Below, piece by piece: positions 26,011 to 38,560 of a stretch of DNA of 64,000 nucleotides (position 1 is its first letter; each line of letters starts with the position of its first letter). The DNA comes from Octopus bimaculoides (Eukaryota): the NCBI RefSeq assembly GCF_001194135.2, contig NC_068996.1, positions 34,931,035 through 34,995,034 of the forward strand, read 5' to 3'. Both the position numbers and the translations under genes were made by a program. Below the pieces are notes generated by a model that saw only the letters and a program-made list of their open reading frames with translations, did no database searches and was not told the origin of the DNA.

Positions 26011-26457
26011 ATATATTGTTTATAGACTAGAGATAGGTATTCTCTGTATAGAATACACTTCATAGTGCTTGAGATTTTAACTTGAGCAGCTAGAGGAGTA
26101 AATGTAAGGACGAGTTATGCAAGTCAATATACAAAAATACTAAATACATCTCATACAAAAAATGTACATATGTTTCCACATAAAGAAGGAGGCTGGTATT
26201 ATTCAATGATGGAATCAATTAAAAATCATTATTTTGGACCACCAAGCCCCCTGAAACAGCTGTTGGACTTGCAAAACTCTTATTCAACCCCTTTCATTTC
26301 TGATATCATTTCTATTCTGTGGAAGTCAGTAAAAATATGTACATTTTTTGTATTAAATGTATTTAATATTTTTTTGTATATCGAGTTGCCTAACTTACTT
26401 GTCCTTACATTTACTCCTATATATATATATATATATGTATGTATATACATGGATGTA

Positions 26458-26503
<46 letters not shown>

Positions 26504-26517
26504 CACACATACATATA

Positions 26518-27060
26518 CAGGGTGTGATGGGTAAATTATTGCCATTTTATATTTTTAATTTCGTGCATTGTTTGTTTTTGATTTTGTTGACTACACAGTA
26601 TGGTAGGGGCAGTCGGATACCATCTGTGAGAAAAACAGCAGCATGACACAATTCACTCTGCCAGAAATTTGGAAATGACATGCTGTACTGCTTGGAAGTT
26701 ATGCTGGATGCTCCAAAGAGAACAGATGGTGAACACAGAGAACAACTGTTGTCTTGCCGTGTCCCGAAACATGTACCGAGAGTGATAAAAAATCAAACAT
26801 CCAGTCAACATCATGGTGTTTGGAGTGATCACTAGTGATGGTGACATTATGCCTCCAGTCATCTTCCAACACTGCCTCAGACTCAACACAGAGGCCTACA
26901 CTGAGTGCCTGGAGGAGGTGGTGCTGCCCTGGGTCAAGGGGGTGGCTGCTGGTAGACCCTATGACTGGCAAAAAGACTCTGCACTATGCCACAGAAGCAG
27001 GAAAACCCAGTCATGGCTGTCAGACAATTTCTGTGACCACATCACCACTAATATCTGGGT
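26518..27060 (+). mobile_element. DD37D/maT-type Tc1/mariner transposon, truncated
   Basis: TA|CAGGGTG terminus; MVFGVITSDGDIMPP..LRLNTEAY..VVLPWVKGVAAGRPYDWQKDSALCHRSRKTQSWLSDNF. Confidence 0.88.
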
Positions 27061-28039
27061 ATATAAGCGACTAAGAGCACAACATTCCCCTGGATAGGAT
27101 GCCAGTCCATTGCAGAGTTACTCATTGGCAGCTGAGAAGACTAGAGCAACATCACCAATGCATCACCTGATCCAGAAATCAAAACCGCAATCTTACGACC
27201 AAGACACATGCACACACACACACCCATGTCAGCAGTAGTTTCATATATTTGAAAAAGAAGCACATTCTAAAACATTAGACCAGTAATATTACATATATAA
27301 ATACATACACACACGTGTGTATATATATGTATATATATATATATATATATATNNNNNNNNNNNNNNNNNNNNNNNNNNNNNNNNNNNNNNNNNNNNNNNN
27401 NNNNNNNNNNNNNNNNNNNNNNNNNNNNNNNNNNNNNNNNNNNNNNNNNNNNNNNNNNNNNNNNNNNNNNNNNNNNNNNNNNNNNNNNNNNNNNNNNNNN
27501 NNNNNNNNNNNNNNNNNNNNNNNNNNNNNNNNNNNNNNNNNNNNNNNNNNNNNNNNNNNNNNNNNNNNNNNNNNNNNNNNNNNNNNNNNNNNNNNNNNNN
27601 NNNNNNNNNNNNNNNNNNNNNNNNNNNNNNNNNNNNNNNNNNNNNNNNNNNNNNNNNNNNNNNNNNNNNNNNNNNNNNNNNNNNNNNNNNNNNNNNNNNN
27701 NNNNNNNNNNNNNNNNNNNNNNNNNNNNNNNNNNNNNNNNNNNNNNNNNNNNNNNNNNNNNNNNNNNNNNNNNNNNNNNNNNNNNNNNNNNNNNNNNNNN
27801 NNNNNNNNNNNNNNNNNNNNNNNNNNNNNNNNNNNNNNNNNNNNNNNNNNNNNNNNNNNNNNNNNNNNNNNNNNNNNNNNNNNNNNNNNNNNNNNNNNNN
27901 NNNNNNNNNNNNNNNNNNNNNNNNNNNNNNGCTAACTCTGGTCTTATTCGTAACTAATTATAATTAATTATACTTAGAAGGAAAATTCTTTTATGCATAT
28001 TTAGTTTTACTTAGGAAGTGAAATGTATTATATATTTAA

Positions 28040-28791
28040 TTATACTTAGAGAATGAGTATTTAGTAGCGTGAAGACAGACTAGGCTCTAGCCTAATCTGT
28101 TTAATAGGTCATTCTTAGCCGTTAGGATCTCGAGGCGCTCAGTTAAACAGAGTTGACAGCATCTGTTAGTTGGGTTATATGAATTAGCTACTTTTAGTAT
28201 GTGCCACTTTAGTTTATATTCTATCTTATTGTCGTTTAGTTCCCAGATATACCTACTAAGTCCTGTTGAATTTGCCTTATTTCTATTTTTAAAACTGGAT
28301 AGGTGCTCATTATATCTAAGGCGTATTTGTTTTTTTTGTCCCACCTATGTAAGATCTAGTGTGGCTGTTTGTTTGTACGTCACATTGGTAAACTATATTT
28401 TCGGTCTTGCATCTATTGGAGAAATTACATTTATTCCTATCTCTACAGCCACATAGGTTGTAAGGGGTGTCTATGTCTGTGTTTTGTTGTGTGGCCCTAT
28501 TGTTTTTTTGGTGTGCGTCCCTCCTAGTAAGGGGTGTTGGATTAGGGTTGGAGTTCATTCTATTATATGGAGGGTTGTTGGTTTGGTTGTACGTGGTGTT
28601 TCTAGCTGTATAGAATGCGTCTAATTTCTTATTAATAGATGCTATTATGGTAGCTAAGTTACATGTCAGGCTGTGGCCTATTCTTATTTTGTTCTTAAAT
28701 ATTTCTGCGTATTTATTGTTTACATTGAGGTGTTTATCTATTATGTTCATTAGTGAGCGGACTATGTTAGATTTGAGGTTCATGTTATAGG
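28040..28791 (-). mobile_element. Penelope-like element 3' part (linker and GIY-YIG endonuclease), second family
   Basis: LCGCRDRNKCNFSNRCKTENIVYQC..SYIG, then a frameshift to IRLRYNEHLSSFKNRNKANSTGLSRYIWELNDNKIEYKLKWHIL..CQLCLTERLEIL; 5' end lost in a gap. Confidence 0.9.
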
Positions 28792-29317
28792 NNNNNNNNN
28801 NNNNNNNNNNNNNNNNNNNNNNNNNNNNNNNNNNNNNNNNNNNNNNNNNNNNNNNNNNNNNNNNNNNNNNNNNNNNNNNNNNNNNNNNNNNNNNNNNNNN
28901 NNNNNNNNNNNNNNNNNNNNNNNNNNNNNNNNNNNNNNNNNNNNNNNNNNNNNNNNNNNNNNNNNNNNNNNNNNNNNNNNNNNNNNNNNNNNNNNNNNNN
29001 NNNNNNNNNNNNNNNNNNNNNNNNNNNNNNNNNNNNNNNNNNNNNNNNNNNNNNNNNNNNNNNNNNNNNNNNNNNNNNNNNNNNNNNNNNNNNNNNNNNN
29101 NNNNNNNNNNNNNNNNNNNNNNNNNNNNNNNNNNNNNNNNNNNNNNNNNNNNNNNNNNNNNNNNNNNNNNNNNNNNNNNNNNNNNNNNNNNNNNNNNNNN
29201 NNNNNNNNNNNNNNNNNNNNNNNNNNNNNNNNNNNNNNNNNNNNNNNNNNNNNNNNNNNNNNNNNNNNNNNNNNNNNNNNNNNNNNNNNNNNNNNNNNNN
29301 NNNNNNNNNNNNNNNNN

Positions 29318-29980
29318 TGTACCGTGCATGTGTACTGACATCGCTCCTCTACTCGTGTGAAACATGGACTCTGTACAAACGTCAGGTAGGGGTCCTTGAA
29401 CGCTTTCATCAGAGATGTCTCAGGCACATTCTCAATGTTGGCTGGACCTCAAAAATTCCAGACACACAGGTCCTGAGGACAGCTGATATCTTGAGTATTG
29501 AGGCGATGGTACACAAGCACCGGTTACGTTGGACTGGACACCTTATTAGAATGAAGGATAGCAGGATTCCTAAGCAGATGCTATATGGAGAACTTGTGAA
29601 TAGAAGGAGACTCCGGCAGAAACCAAGGCTGCGATTTAAGGATTGTGTCAAGTTCTCATTAAAGGCCTGTGATATACAGGACACTGACTGGGAGAACAAT
29701 GCCACGGATGAAGGAAGCAGGTTAAGGAGGGGGTTGACACTTTTAAGAGAGCACATATCCAGCATGAAGAACTTAAATGAGTTGCGCGAAAGCGCACAGC
29801 TCATATAGTGAATGGGGAAATCTTTATCTGCAATGTTTGCAGTTGTGTATGCTTGTCAAGAGCAGGGCTCATTAGCCACCAACGGAGCCGCAAATGCAAA
29901 ATATAAGTTAGTCCTAGAGCGCACAATGTTCCTGAAGGTCGGCAATGGTCTTTCTTGGTCACGAGTGGACGGCCATCATC
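29318..29980 (+). mobile_element. RTE (BovB-like) LINE 3' part: RT C-terminus and single zinc finger
   Basis: YRACVLTSLLYSCETWTLY..LERFHQRCLRHIL..HRLRWTGHLIRMKDSRIPKQMLYGEL..PRLRFKD; frameshifted FICNVCSCVCLSRAGLISHQRS; GCCATCAT 3' end. Confidence 0.92.
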
Positions 29981-30294
29981 AATATCATGTAGGTATGTAT
30001 AAATATGCATATATATCATCATCACCATTTAACCTCTGTTGTCCATACTGGCATGGATTGAACGGTTTGATTGGGCTGGCATGCCGGAAGACTGCATCAG
30101 GCTACAGTCTAATTTGGCATGGTTTTCTATGGTTGGATGCCCTTCCTAATGCCCACCGCTCACAGAGTGCAATGGGTGTTTTTACATACCACTGGTATGT
30201 GTGCCATTTGCATGACACTGGTACCTGCCCCTTTTGCTTGGTGTGATGGGTCTTCTCAAGCACAACATAATGCCAAAGGTCTTGGTCATTGCCT

Positions 30295-30475
30295 TCGTAC
30301 GGCCCAACACTTGAAAGGAACTTGGTTACTTTGCCCTCAAGGAGCCCAACGTTCGAAAGGAACTCAGCCACCTTGCTTATGTGAGGCCCAATGCTCAAAA
30401 GGAACTCAACCACTTGCCTCCATGAGCCCCAACACTCGAAAGAAACTCAGCCACAATGCCTCCATGAGACCCAAC
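30295..30475. repeat. Minisatellite of about 41-42 bp units (about 4.5 copies) inside a family B element
   Basis: Repeated GCCCAAC..TCGAAAGGAACTCAGCCAC.TTGCC.CCATGA. Confidence 0.7.
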
Positions 30476-31054
30476 ATATGTATATATATATATACATATG
30501 TCTAATGTATGCGTATGTATGTGTATAGGTATGTGTATATAAATGTATATGTATATACATATGTGTGTGTAGATGTGTATGTGTATGTATACATATTTGT
30601 GTATATGTGTGTGTGTGCATGTGTGTGTGAGTGTGTGTGTATATCTGTGCTTGTCTAATGACAAATGTCATGCTTAAGAAGAAGACTCATCAAGCCAAGT
30701 GAAATCATAGCCATGGCAGATATTGGTGCCATGTAAACAGACACCCATGCCGGTGGCATTTAAAAGTACCTATTACATACATTCTTGGAGTGGTTGGTGT
30801 TAGGAAGGGCATCCAGCTATAGAAAACCATGCCAAATCAGACTGGAATCTGGTGCAGCTCCTCAGGTTACCAGCCTTGGTCAAACCAACCCATGCTAGCA
30901 TGGACAACGAACATTATATGATGATGATGATGATGATGATGATGTATATATGCGTATAATGTGTATATGCATGTCTCTGTATGTATTTGTTTATACATAT
31001 GCATGAGCATGTGTATGTGTGGGTATTGCTTGTGTATGTGTGTGGATGTATGTA

Positions 31055-31085
<31 letters not shown>

Positions 31086-34000
31086 ATGAATGTATATGTA
31101 TATATATGAGTGTGTCTATGTGTATGTGTGAATATATATAGAACGAAAGCTAAGTTTTATTTTTACTCTTCGTCTTATTTTATTCTAATGTCTCTCCCAT
31201 TCAGCATTTCCAGTCCCTCCCAATTTCTTATATGTTTATAAGATAATATGTAGCTTACAATAGCATGAGTTTGTCTATGTTTTTATGTTAGTATGTAGAT
31301 TAGAACAGTATGATTTCTTATGTTTCTTTTTTTATGATATTATGTGGCTTAGAGTGTATTAATAATAACAATAAAAGTTTAAATATTAATGAATGTGAAT
31401 ATAATATGATTAGGCATAAATTATCAAGAAAATTTCTTCATCCATCCTGCCCTGTGTGGGTGTGTCTATTATGTAGTTGGTTATGGTCAGTCAGAAAGTT
31501 ACCATTGGTTTCACATCTATTATTGCTCTTAGCAATATAGGTGACACATCAGACCTGCTGGTTGGTGTCAAATAACCTCTTAACTAATGGAGGTAAGAAT
31601 ACAGTCTTGGTCTACAAGGTTGTGAAAAAAGACCCTGAAACGAAATTCTCTGAAGTAAAAAGCCCTTTTAGACAAGATAAAGTTACCTTTGTATCTGAAA
31701 AGGGTCATTCACTTGTCAGCAAATTTGTATCCATTCACTTGTCAGCAAACGGAATTTCATGTCATCAACATGAATTTTCTCTCATGAGTTACCACTGAAA
31801 CATCTTACTTATGAAATTTAAGAAGGCGCCCAAGCCAAACAAAATTCTAGGATTCTTGCTCTTGGCCAAGGAAAGTAAACTGAACAGTTCAGTCTTACAT
31901 GTAGTAAGGAGATGGTCATAACAGGAACGTTATTCATCATAACGTTGATTGGCCTGGCCTGGGTCTAAACATCAACAACAACAACAACAATCAAGATATT
32001 TTTCTTTATCCTATCTTATTTTCTGACAAATCTTTTCATTGAATATTCCTGTCAGAAATTGTTTTATAAAACAATTGTTAATTTAATTGTAATCATAAAC
32101 GAAAATAAAGTTTATACTTAAAACAATAAAGTTTTGAGTTATGTCAAATAGTTTGTTAATTAAATAAATGTGATTAAATTGAGTTGTGGCACTAACTAAA
32201 GCAGATTAAATATAAAACAATATATCTGGAAACCCTTATGTTACCTTATTTCAATTAAAATGATTTTTGTTTCAATGAATTTTGAAAATAATGAAGAATT
32301 TAATAAAATGTACCTGTCATTATAAAGTTGGTGTTTGGAACATAGGTTAACATGAAATTTTGATGGGAGGTTGCAATTTAGATCATTTTAAAAAAGGGAA
32401 TTTGTATCATGGAACCAGGGAAGGTTTCAGATGGATTCTCGATATGCTTAAAATAGCAGTTAAGTTGTTCTCTCAGAATTATCCTAAGGAACGCAAGATG
32501 TATTGGACAGAAGGGCTGAGTTTTGGAATTGCTATCCTTCAAAGTTCCACACCTCGTGGAAAAGAAAAATAGTTTTATTTATTTATTTATTGTTTGTTTC
32601 AGTCATTAGAACATGGCTGTGTTGGGGTACCACCTTGAAGAGTTTAGTCAAAATCAACTGCAAAACTGATTCTATTGCCCTCTTTTACTGAACCCCTAAG
32701 TGGTGGTGGAAGACAAACACCACACAACGCGCGCGCACGCACACACAAGAAAAGAGATGACAAAAGAATAAACGATTATTTTACAGCTTATATCAGTATC
32801 CGTCAACCAAACCCACTCACAAGGTTTTGGTCAGGCCGAGGCTATAGCAGAAGAGACTTGCCCAAAGTGCCATGCAGAGGGACTAAATCTGGCATCGCGT
32901 TAAGATTCTGAAAAAAAAAAAAAATTCCCCAAATGTAACATTTTTACATTTTGGCCCCTCTTCCATACCCTTTTCTTCCCCATAATGTATAGAACTTCGA
33001 AAGGTAACCATTTCAAAACCCCGTTGGACAATATAACTTACAGTGCTTGAAATTGGATGGTCACAGCTGGAATGCAATTGATTTAATTATAGATCTATTT
33101 AATTAGAGCTGACCTAGGGTTAAATAACATCAATAAGAAGAAAATACACATTATATAATGTAGTATAGATATATTGTCTTAAAACTAAAAACGTAAGGTC
33201 ACGACGGGAACGATTTTGATCATAAATCTGTTGGATTAAGTCTGAGCAAGGGCCTAAACAGCAGAATAACTATTGTGGGGCCCACATAGTCACTGGACCT
33301 GTTAGAAATATCAACCTAGATAATGACGTGATACAGAGCCTTTAAAATGATAGTCATGGGCGTATTACAGCGAGCCAAGAGTTACTACAGTACCAACAGT
33401 AAATAATAACAGGGATCTAACATTTTCGAAGAGAAAAGAGGAATGTATTTTCGTGTTTGTTGGTTTAATTTAAAGAGGGTAAATGATATACACAAAATAT
33501 ACACATACATGTATATATACTTACACATACGCAATAACATACACATACATATACAGATAATGCATACACACATACATATATATATATATAGCCATAACTA
33601 CAGATTCCTCCCCCCACCGACTTTGGTTGATTATAACCTTTTTGTGCGTTTGTGCATCCGTAGATTTCTACTGAAGCAGCAGGCAATGAAGCTGTCACCA
33701 GAAAACTCGTTATGCTAAAAATACCAGCTAAAGATCTAAACGTTTCTAACAGAAAGACATTGAATAGAATAATTCCCCGTTTGAACTTTTTTTAATTACA
33801 TATATGTGTGTGTGTGTGTNNNNNNNNNNNNNNNNNNNNNNNNNNNNNNNNNNNNNNNNNNNNNNNNNNNNNNNNNNNNNNNNNNNNNNNNNNNNNNNNN
33901 NNNNNNNNNNNNNNNNNNNNNNNNNNNNNNNNNNNNNNNNNNNNNNNNNNNNNNNNNNNNNNNNNNNNNNNNNNNNNNNNNNNNNNNNNNNNNNNNNNNN

Positions 34001-34165
34001 NNNNNNNNNNNNNNNNNNNNNNNNNNNNNNNNNNNNNNNNNNNNNNNNNNNNNNNNNNNNNNNNNNNNNNNNNNNNNNNNNNNNNNNNNNNNNNNNNNNN
34101 NNNNNNNNNNNNNNNNNNNNNNNNNNNNNNNNNNNNNNNNNNNNNNNNNNNNNNNNNNNNNNNNN

Positions 34166-34216
<51 letters not shown>

Positions 34217-34359
34217 ATACAGTTTCAAAAGCCGAGATAAATTGGGGTGTTTTTTTTTATCCAAACAGATTTTAGCAAATGCAAACAAAAAAAAGAAAAA
34301 CAAAACGGTATTTTATAAGGTAACATTTTACATTAATTGATATAGTTACTTGAAAGGTA

Positions 34360-34365
34360 TTTATT
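34360..34365 (-). terminator. Probable polyadenylation signal of the PPEF gene
   Basis: AATAAA on the minus strand about 100 nt after the stop codon, followed by a U-rich tract (plus-strand A-runs at about 34285-34305). Confidence 0.5.
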
Positions 34366-34463
34366 GTCGAATATTTGACTTACAATTGAGAAAATTTAAG
34401 AAAAAGATATTTTTTACTTTTTGCTCTCTGGAATACTGGTTCCAATCTGTTATGTTGTTTTAA

Positions 34464-36398
34464 TTACCACGTATATGCAGATATGCGAAAAGCCTCAAAA
34501 AATTCATTAATGTCAATGTTACCATCTTTATCAAAGTCCATAGTTTTCCCCATTTTAGCAATATCACTTTCTTTAAACACATGGCTGGTACATTTTTGAA
34601 GAATCATCATGCCATCCTTAAATTCTTGCATCGTAATTGCTCCAGAATTATCAACATCAAATGTTCGAAATATGGTCTCCAAGATCTCTCTGTTAGCATA
34701 CACAATGTCTGCGATTGGGTGTTGGGATGACCTTGAGAAATCCAATATCTTAAAAGTCTCTTCGTAATGCACCATGTTGTTGCTATCGACATCACAGATT
34801 TTGTGAATGATTAAACGCCATGGCAGTTTCAGCTTCAGCACTGCACTCAAACATGTGCTGAAGTCTTTGGTACTTACAGTTCCAGTTCCATCCTTATCGT
34901 ATTCACTAAGTGCCTCTTTGAGCTCTGGAAGTTTCAAACTAATCATTTGCTTTATTTTGCTGAATGCGGAAGTTTCCAACGAAATTATCTGATCTTTTAT
35001 GTTCAAATTATTTAACGCCTCTTCATTGCTGACAAACGGGATGATAGTCAATTTTTTTTCGTCACCACGGTATATTACAAAAGCGCCTTTATTGCTTCCT
35101 CGTACGTAATAGTTGGATGCAGAGAAAATGGTTAACACTTGGTTGTTGTGTGTGTACTCGTAGCCATTCACTTTACATTCGTGAGATCTTATTAGAAGTA
35201 CAAGACTGTTCTTCTCTAAGAAATTACTTGTAACATCAGGTCCAAAATATTTTCCACTTCCCCTAAATTCATTTTCAGAGCAACCCATTTGGTTTGACGG
35301 ATCACTCCAAAGAAGATTGACCAAGTATTCCCAGTTATATTTCTCATTTACCTCAAGATATGCACCTGGTTTTATGATTGAAATAAATTTTTGTCTTGGA
35401 ATTGCATTGATTTTCTTTAAATCTAACTCATCCGATATTCCTCCATGTACAACCAATATTTTATTATCGATGATTGAACCCAATGGTAGATATTTAAATG
35501 CTATACTGAACAACTTGAGAAGTCTTTTTGCGTAAATTCTAAATTTTTGAGTAATTTCTTTTATGAAACCATATCTCCTGTTTATAATAGGATCTTCATG
35601 GTTTCCTCTGTTCAAGAATACGTGATTAGGAAACACCAAAATACAGTAAAATATAATCATGCACACTTCAACACACTTGGGTCCTCTATCGACGATGTCT
35701 CCATTAAAAATATAAGGGTTTGTTGTAGAAGGAAGGTTATTTTTGTGAAATATGGTAAGCAGATCATCCAAACTTCCATGTAAGTCTCCAATAATAGTCA
35801 CCTTCTTGGTTACAGAAGTTGTTGTTATATGATACAAATTATTTCGAGATTTCAGTTTTAAAATCGTGTCCCTCAATATTTGTGAAACATATGCAGCATG
35901 GATTATTTTGCCACATCTGAAATCATCGACCAGAATCTGCAATTTATTAGATGAATAAGGTAGTGTGATCACGATGCCAACATAATTGTTTGGAATAATT
36001 TGTGGAATTTCAAGTTCTTTTAAAGAAATGTCTACATCGATGAATGAAGGACTGCTGGCGGCGGCCTTGTTGCTCAGCTTTTGTTGAATAAAATCCACTT
36101 TTGCTGTGTCTTGGAATTCTTCTATCAAAACTTTAAACATTTTACTCAACTTTAATTGATGTTGTTCACCGAAATATTCAATTTCTTGAAATACATTCCA
36201 GGCTATTTCTCTTCTGACTCTCAGCTTACTCGACCAAACACGGAACCATTTCTGAATCAACAGCGCTGCTTTCACATCTGATAGTTTCAATAGCTCCGAA
36301 TCCATTTCTTTCTCTTCCGGCTTAGTCCCACGTTTCATTTTGAAATGAGAGACAGCTGTCACCTTTCCTTCTATTAGTTTGGTACAGCAGCTGCCCAT
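34464..36398 (-). CDS. PPEF/rdgC: Serine/threonine protein phosphatase with EF-hands (PPEF / retinal degeneration C family), single-exon ORF, 644 aa
   Basis: Uninterrupted ORF. N-terminus MGSCCT (myristoylation Gly2 plus two Cys); IQ-like motif AALLIQKWFR; PPEF-typical WNVFQEIEYFGEQHQLKL; PPP motifs GDLHG, GDIVDRG, RGNHE, HGG, LLWSDP, IRSHE, TIFSASNYY; C-terminal EF-hand-like loops DKDGTGTVSTKDF, DVDSNNMVHYEET, DVDNSGAITMQEF, DFDKDGNIDINEF. Confidence 0.96.
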   Translation of the reverse strand: MGSCCTKLIEGKVTAVSHFKMKRGTKPEEKEMDSELLKLSDVKAALLIQKWFRVWSSKLRVRREIAWNVFQEIEYFGEQHQLKLSKMFKVLIEEFQDTAKVDFIQQKLSNKAAASSPSFIDVDISLKELEIPQIIPNNYVGIVITLPYSSNKLQILVDDFRCGKIIHAAYVSQILRDTILKLKSRNNLYHITTTSVTKKVTIIGDLHGSLDDLLTIFHKNNLPSTTNPYIFNGDIVDRGPKCVEVCMIIFYCILVFPNHVFLNRGNHEDPIINRRYGFIKEITQKFRIYAKRLLKLFSIAFKYLPLGSIIDNKILVVHGGISDELDLKKINAIPRQKFISIIKPGAYLEVNEKYNWEYLVNLLWSDPSNQMGCSENEFRGSGKYFGPDVTSNFLEKNSLVLLIRSHECKVNGYEYTHNNQVLTIFSASNYYVRGSNKGAFVIYRGDEKKLTIIPFVSNEEALNNLNIKDQIISLETSAFSKIKQMISLKLPELKEALSEYDKDGTGTVSTKDFSTCLSAVLKLKLPWRLIIHKICDVDSNNMVHYEETFKILDFSRSSQHPIADIVYANREILETIFRTFDVDNSGAITMQEFKDGMMILQKCTSHVFKESDIAKMGKTMDFDKDGNIDINEFFEAFRISAYTW

Positions 36399-36787
36399 AT
36401 CAAACCTTAGAATTAAATTTTAATAAAAATGTCTTGCTGTCTTTTCATAGAATGATGGCGACATTAAGTTATGTCTTCTTGAAATGTTCTTCCTTCAGCA
36501 ACATCACTTAAAGTAAAAAATGTCGTCCTTTACAATCTCTTAAAAACCTCTTCTGTCCTTGCGTGCATTTGATATGTAAACATTATATTATCAGTTTTGT
36601 TTAGGTAATATTACAGACAACAGAACACTTTCTACAACATAAATGTCATTATTATGTGAAACTACACACACACATACATGCAAACTATATATTCATATAC
36701 ATACATTCATTCATGTACATATACATACATAGATATACACACATATATGTATATATGTCTGTGTGTGTATTCATGTATATATATATT

Positions 36788-36818
<31 letters not shown>

Positions 36819-36819
36819 T

Positions 36820-36879
<60 letters not shown>

Positions 36880-37229
36880 TATATATATATATACACACAC
36901 ACATATGTATATGTAAATAAAATATAATAATAATGAGGTTATTGTATAGTGCTCAGGTGCACTATGTGTGTTTGTGCACANNNNNNNNNNNNNNNNNNNN
37001 NNNNNNNNNNNNNNNNNNNNNNNNNNNNNNNNNNNNNNNNNNNNNNNNNNNNNNNNNNNNNNNNNNNNNATATAGGTACATATATGTACGTTTATGAGTG
37101 TTTATTTATCTCTATACGTATGTATATGCGTATGCATAAGTACCTGCACGTGTATATATATATATATATATATATATTGTTGAACCTGGCCATACATATA
37201 TATGTAATATATATATATATATATATATA

Positions 37230-38560
37230 TACGTGCGTGTTAGTGGGAGTACGCATACACGTATTAAGTGCGAATACTAATTAGAATAATGATGATGATG
37301 CTTGTTGATTTATGATTAAAGAAAGGAGGGCTGAAGAGAGCTTTTTTTCTTTTCACTTGTTACTAATCAGGTTTACAATTTTCCATTAACACTGATGACC
37401 GCTCACAGATGTAGTAGTGGTGGTGGTGGCGACGGCGGTGGTGACGATGACGACGACGACAGCGATGATGATGATGATGATAATAATCATAATGCGGATA
37501 CATCCAAGTCAATGCTAATAACATGACTACTAATTGTCTTGAGAGACCTAGAGCTGATCCATGCCAAGTTTAAACTTATATGGAATCGTGGATGAAAGTG
37601 AAGTAAGCGGACTGTCCAGCCATAAATGATGGACAATGGAAGCTAGCTTGTGTCTTTGTGCGATGGGCAACAAAGGCTTTTGTTCTTGAAATACGATTCT
37701 AACAGTTACTAACTGACCGTTTCTCATCATCCAGGAGTCTGTACTTGTTTCCCCCCCCCTCCTTTTTTATCCCCCCCCCCATTTTTTTAAAANNNNNNNN
37801 NNNNNNNNNNNNNNNNNNNNNNTTTTGGAAAGAAAGGCGACGACGTCACTAAAAAGGTAGTTTTTCAGAACATCAGCAGATTTACAATGAAATAGATGAT
37901 ATTTTTTTTCAAATTTTAGTTTCTATTCCATTTCCCACCTCGTTCCCCTCCTCCTCCCCTGCCCTCCTCCCCCCTCTCCATCTCAGAGACGCACGGTTTT
38001 TTTGTTTCACTTTTGCCCTTGTTCGTTGTTTCATTGTTTGGGTGAGGGGATGGAAGAAGAAGAAGGGGAGGAATACGAGGACAAGGAGGAGGAGAGGGCG
38101 ACGGAGTAATCTTTCATGACGAAATACGAATGCAGTAATTAAGCGTATTATTTCCTGTGAAACTTCCATAGAGATCGTCTTTCTTTGCTGTCTGTCTATC
38201 CCAGTGTTTATGGTCTTTAAATTAAATCTTTCCATTCTTTGCTCAATTTTGCCCTTTCTTTGTGGTTTTTCCTCGAATCGTCTAGACAACAAAGAGAATC
38301 TAATGATGGTTAAGACTCGTAGTTTGGACTGTGTCACTCATACAAAAGGGATTCTTCACTGAAATAGGTCCAACTACTAATATGTGTGTGTGTTTGTGTG
38401 TTATTAAATAATAAAACGTCTTTCATTTACCATATATATATATATACAATCTTTTTACTCAGGGACTAGTAGACCCGACACCGTTTTATAATCGATAGGC
38501 ATTCAAAGCCAGTGAACAACAATGACGACACCGGTTTGACTTTTTAACAATTCAAAATAA
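37230..38560. promoter_or_regulatory. CpG-enriched, non-repetitive region 0.8-2.2 kb upstream of the PPEF start; putative promoter or 5' UTR exon
   Basis: Visibly high CG density (GACGACGAC, CGTCGCC, TGACGTCAC at about 37843) and polypurine/polypyrimidine tracts; no TE similarity recognised; no convincing ORF. Confidence 0.4.

Noticed and set aside
31795-31920. Hammerhead-like arrangement (CTTATGA...AAACTGAACAGTTCAGTC)
   Set aside because: Core and stem I cannot be assembled consistently; only the hairpin CTGAAC-A-GTTCAG is solid.
37909-38337. 142-aa minus-strand ORF upstream of PPEF
   Set aside because: GTG start, low-complexity purine/pyrimidine tracts, no domain; treated as UTR or promoter-like DNA.
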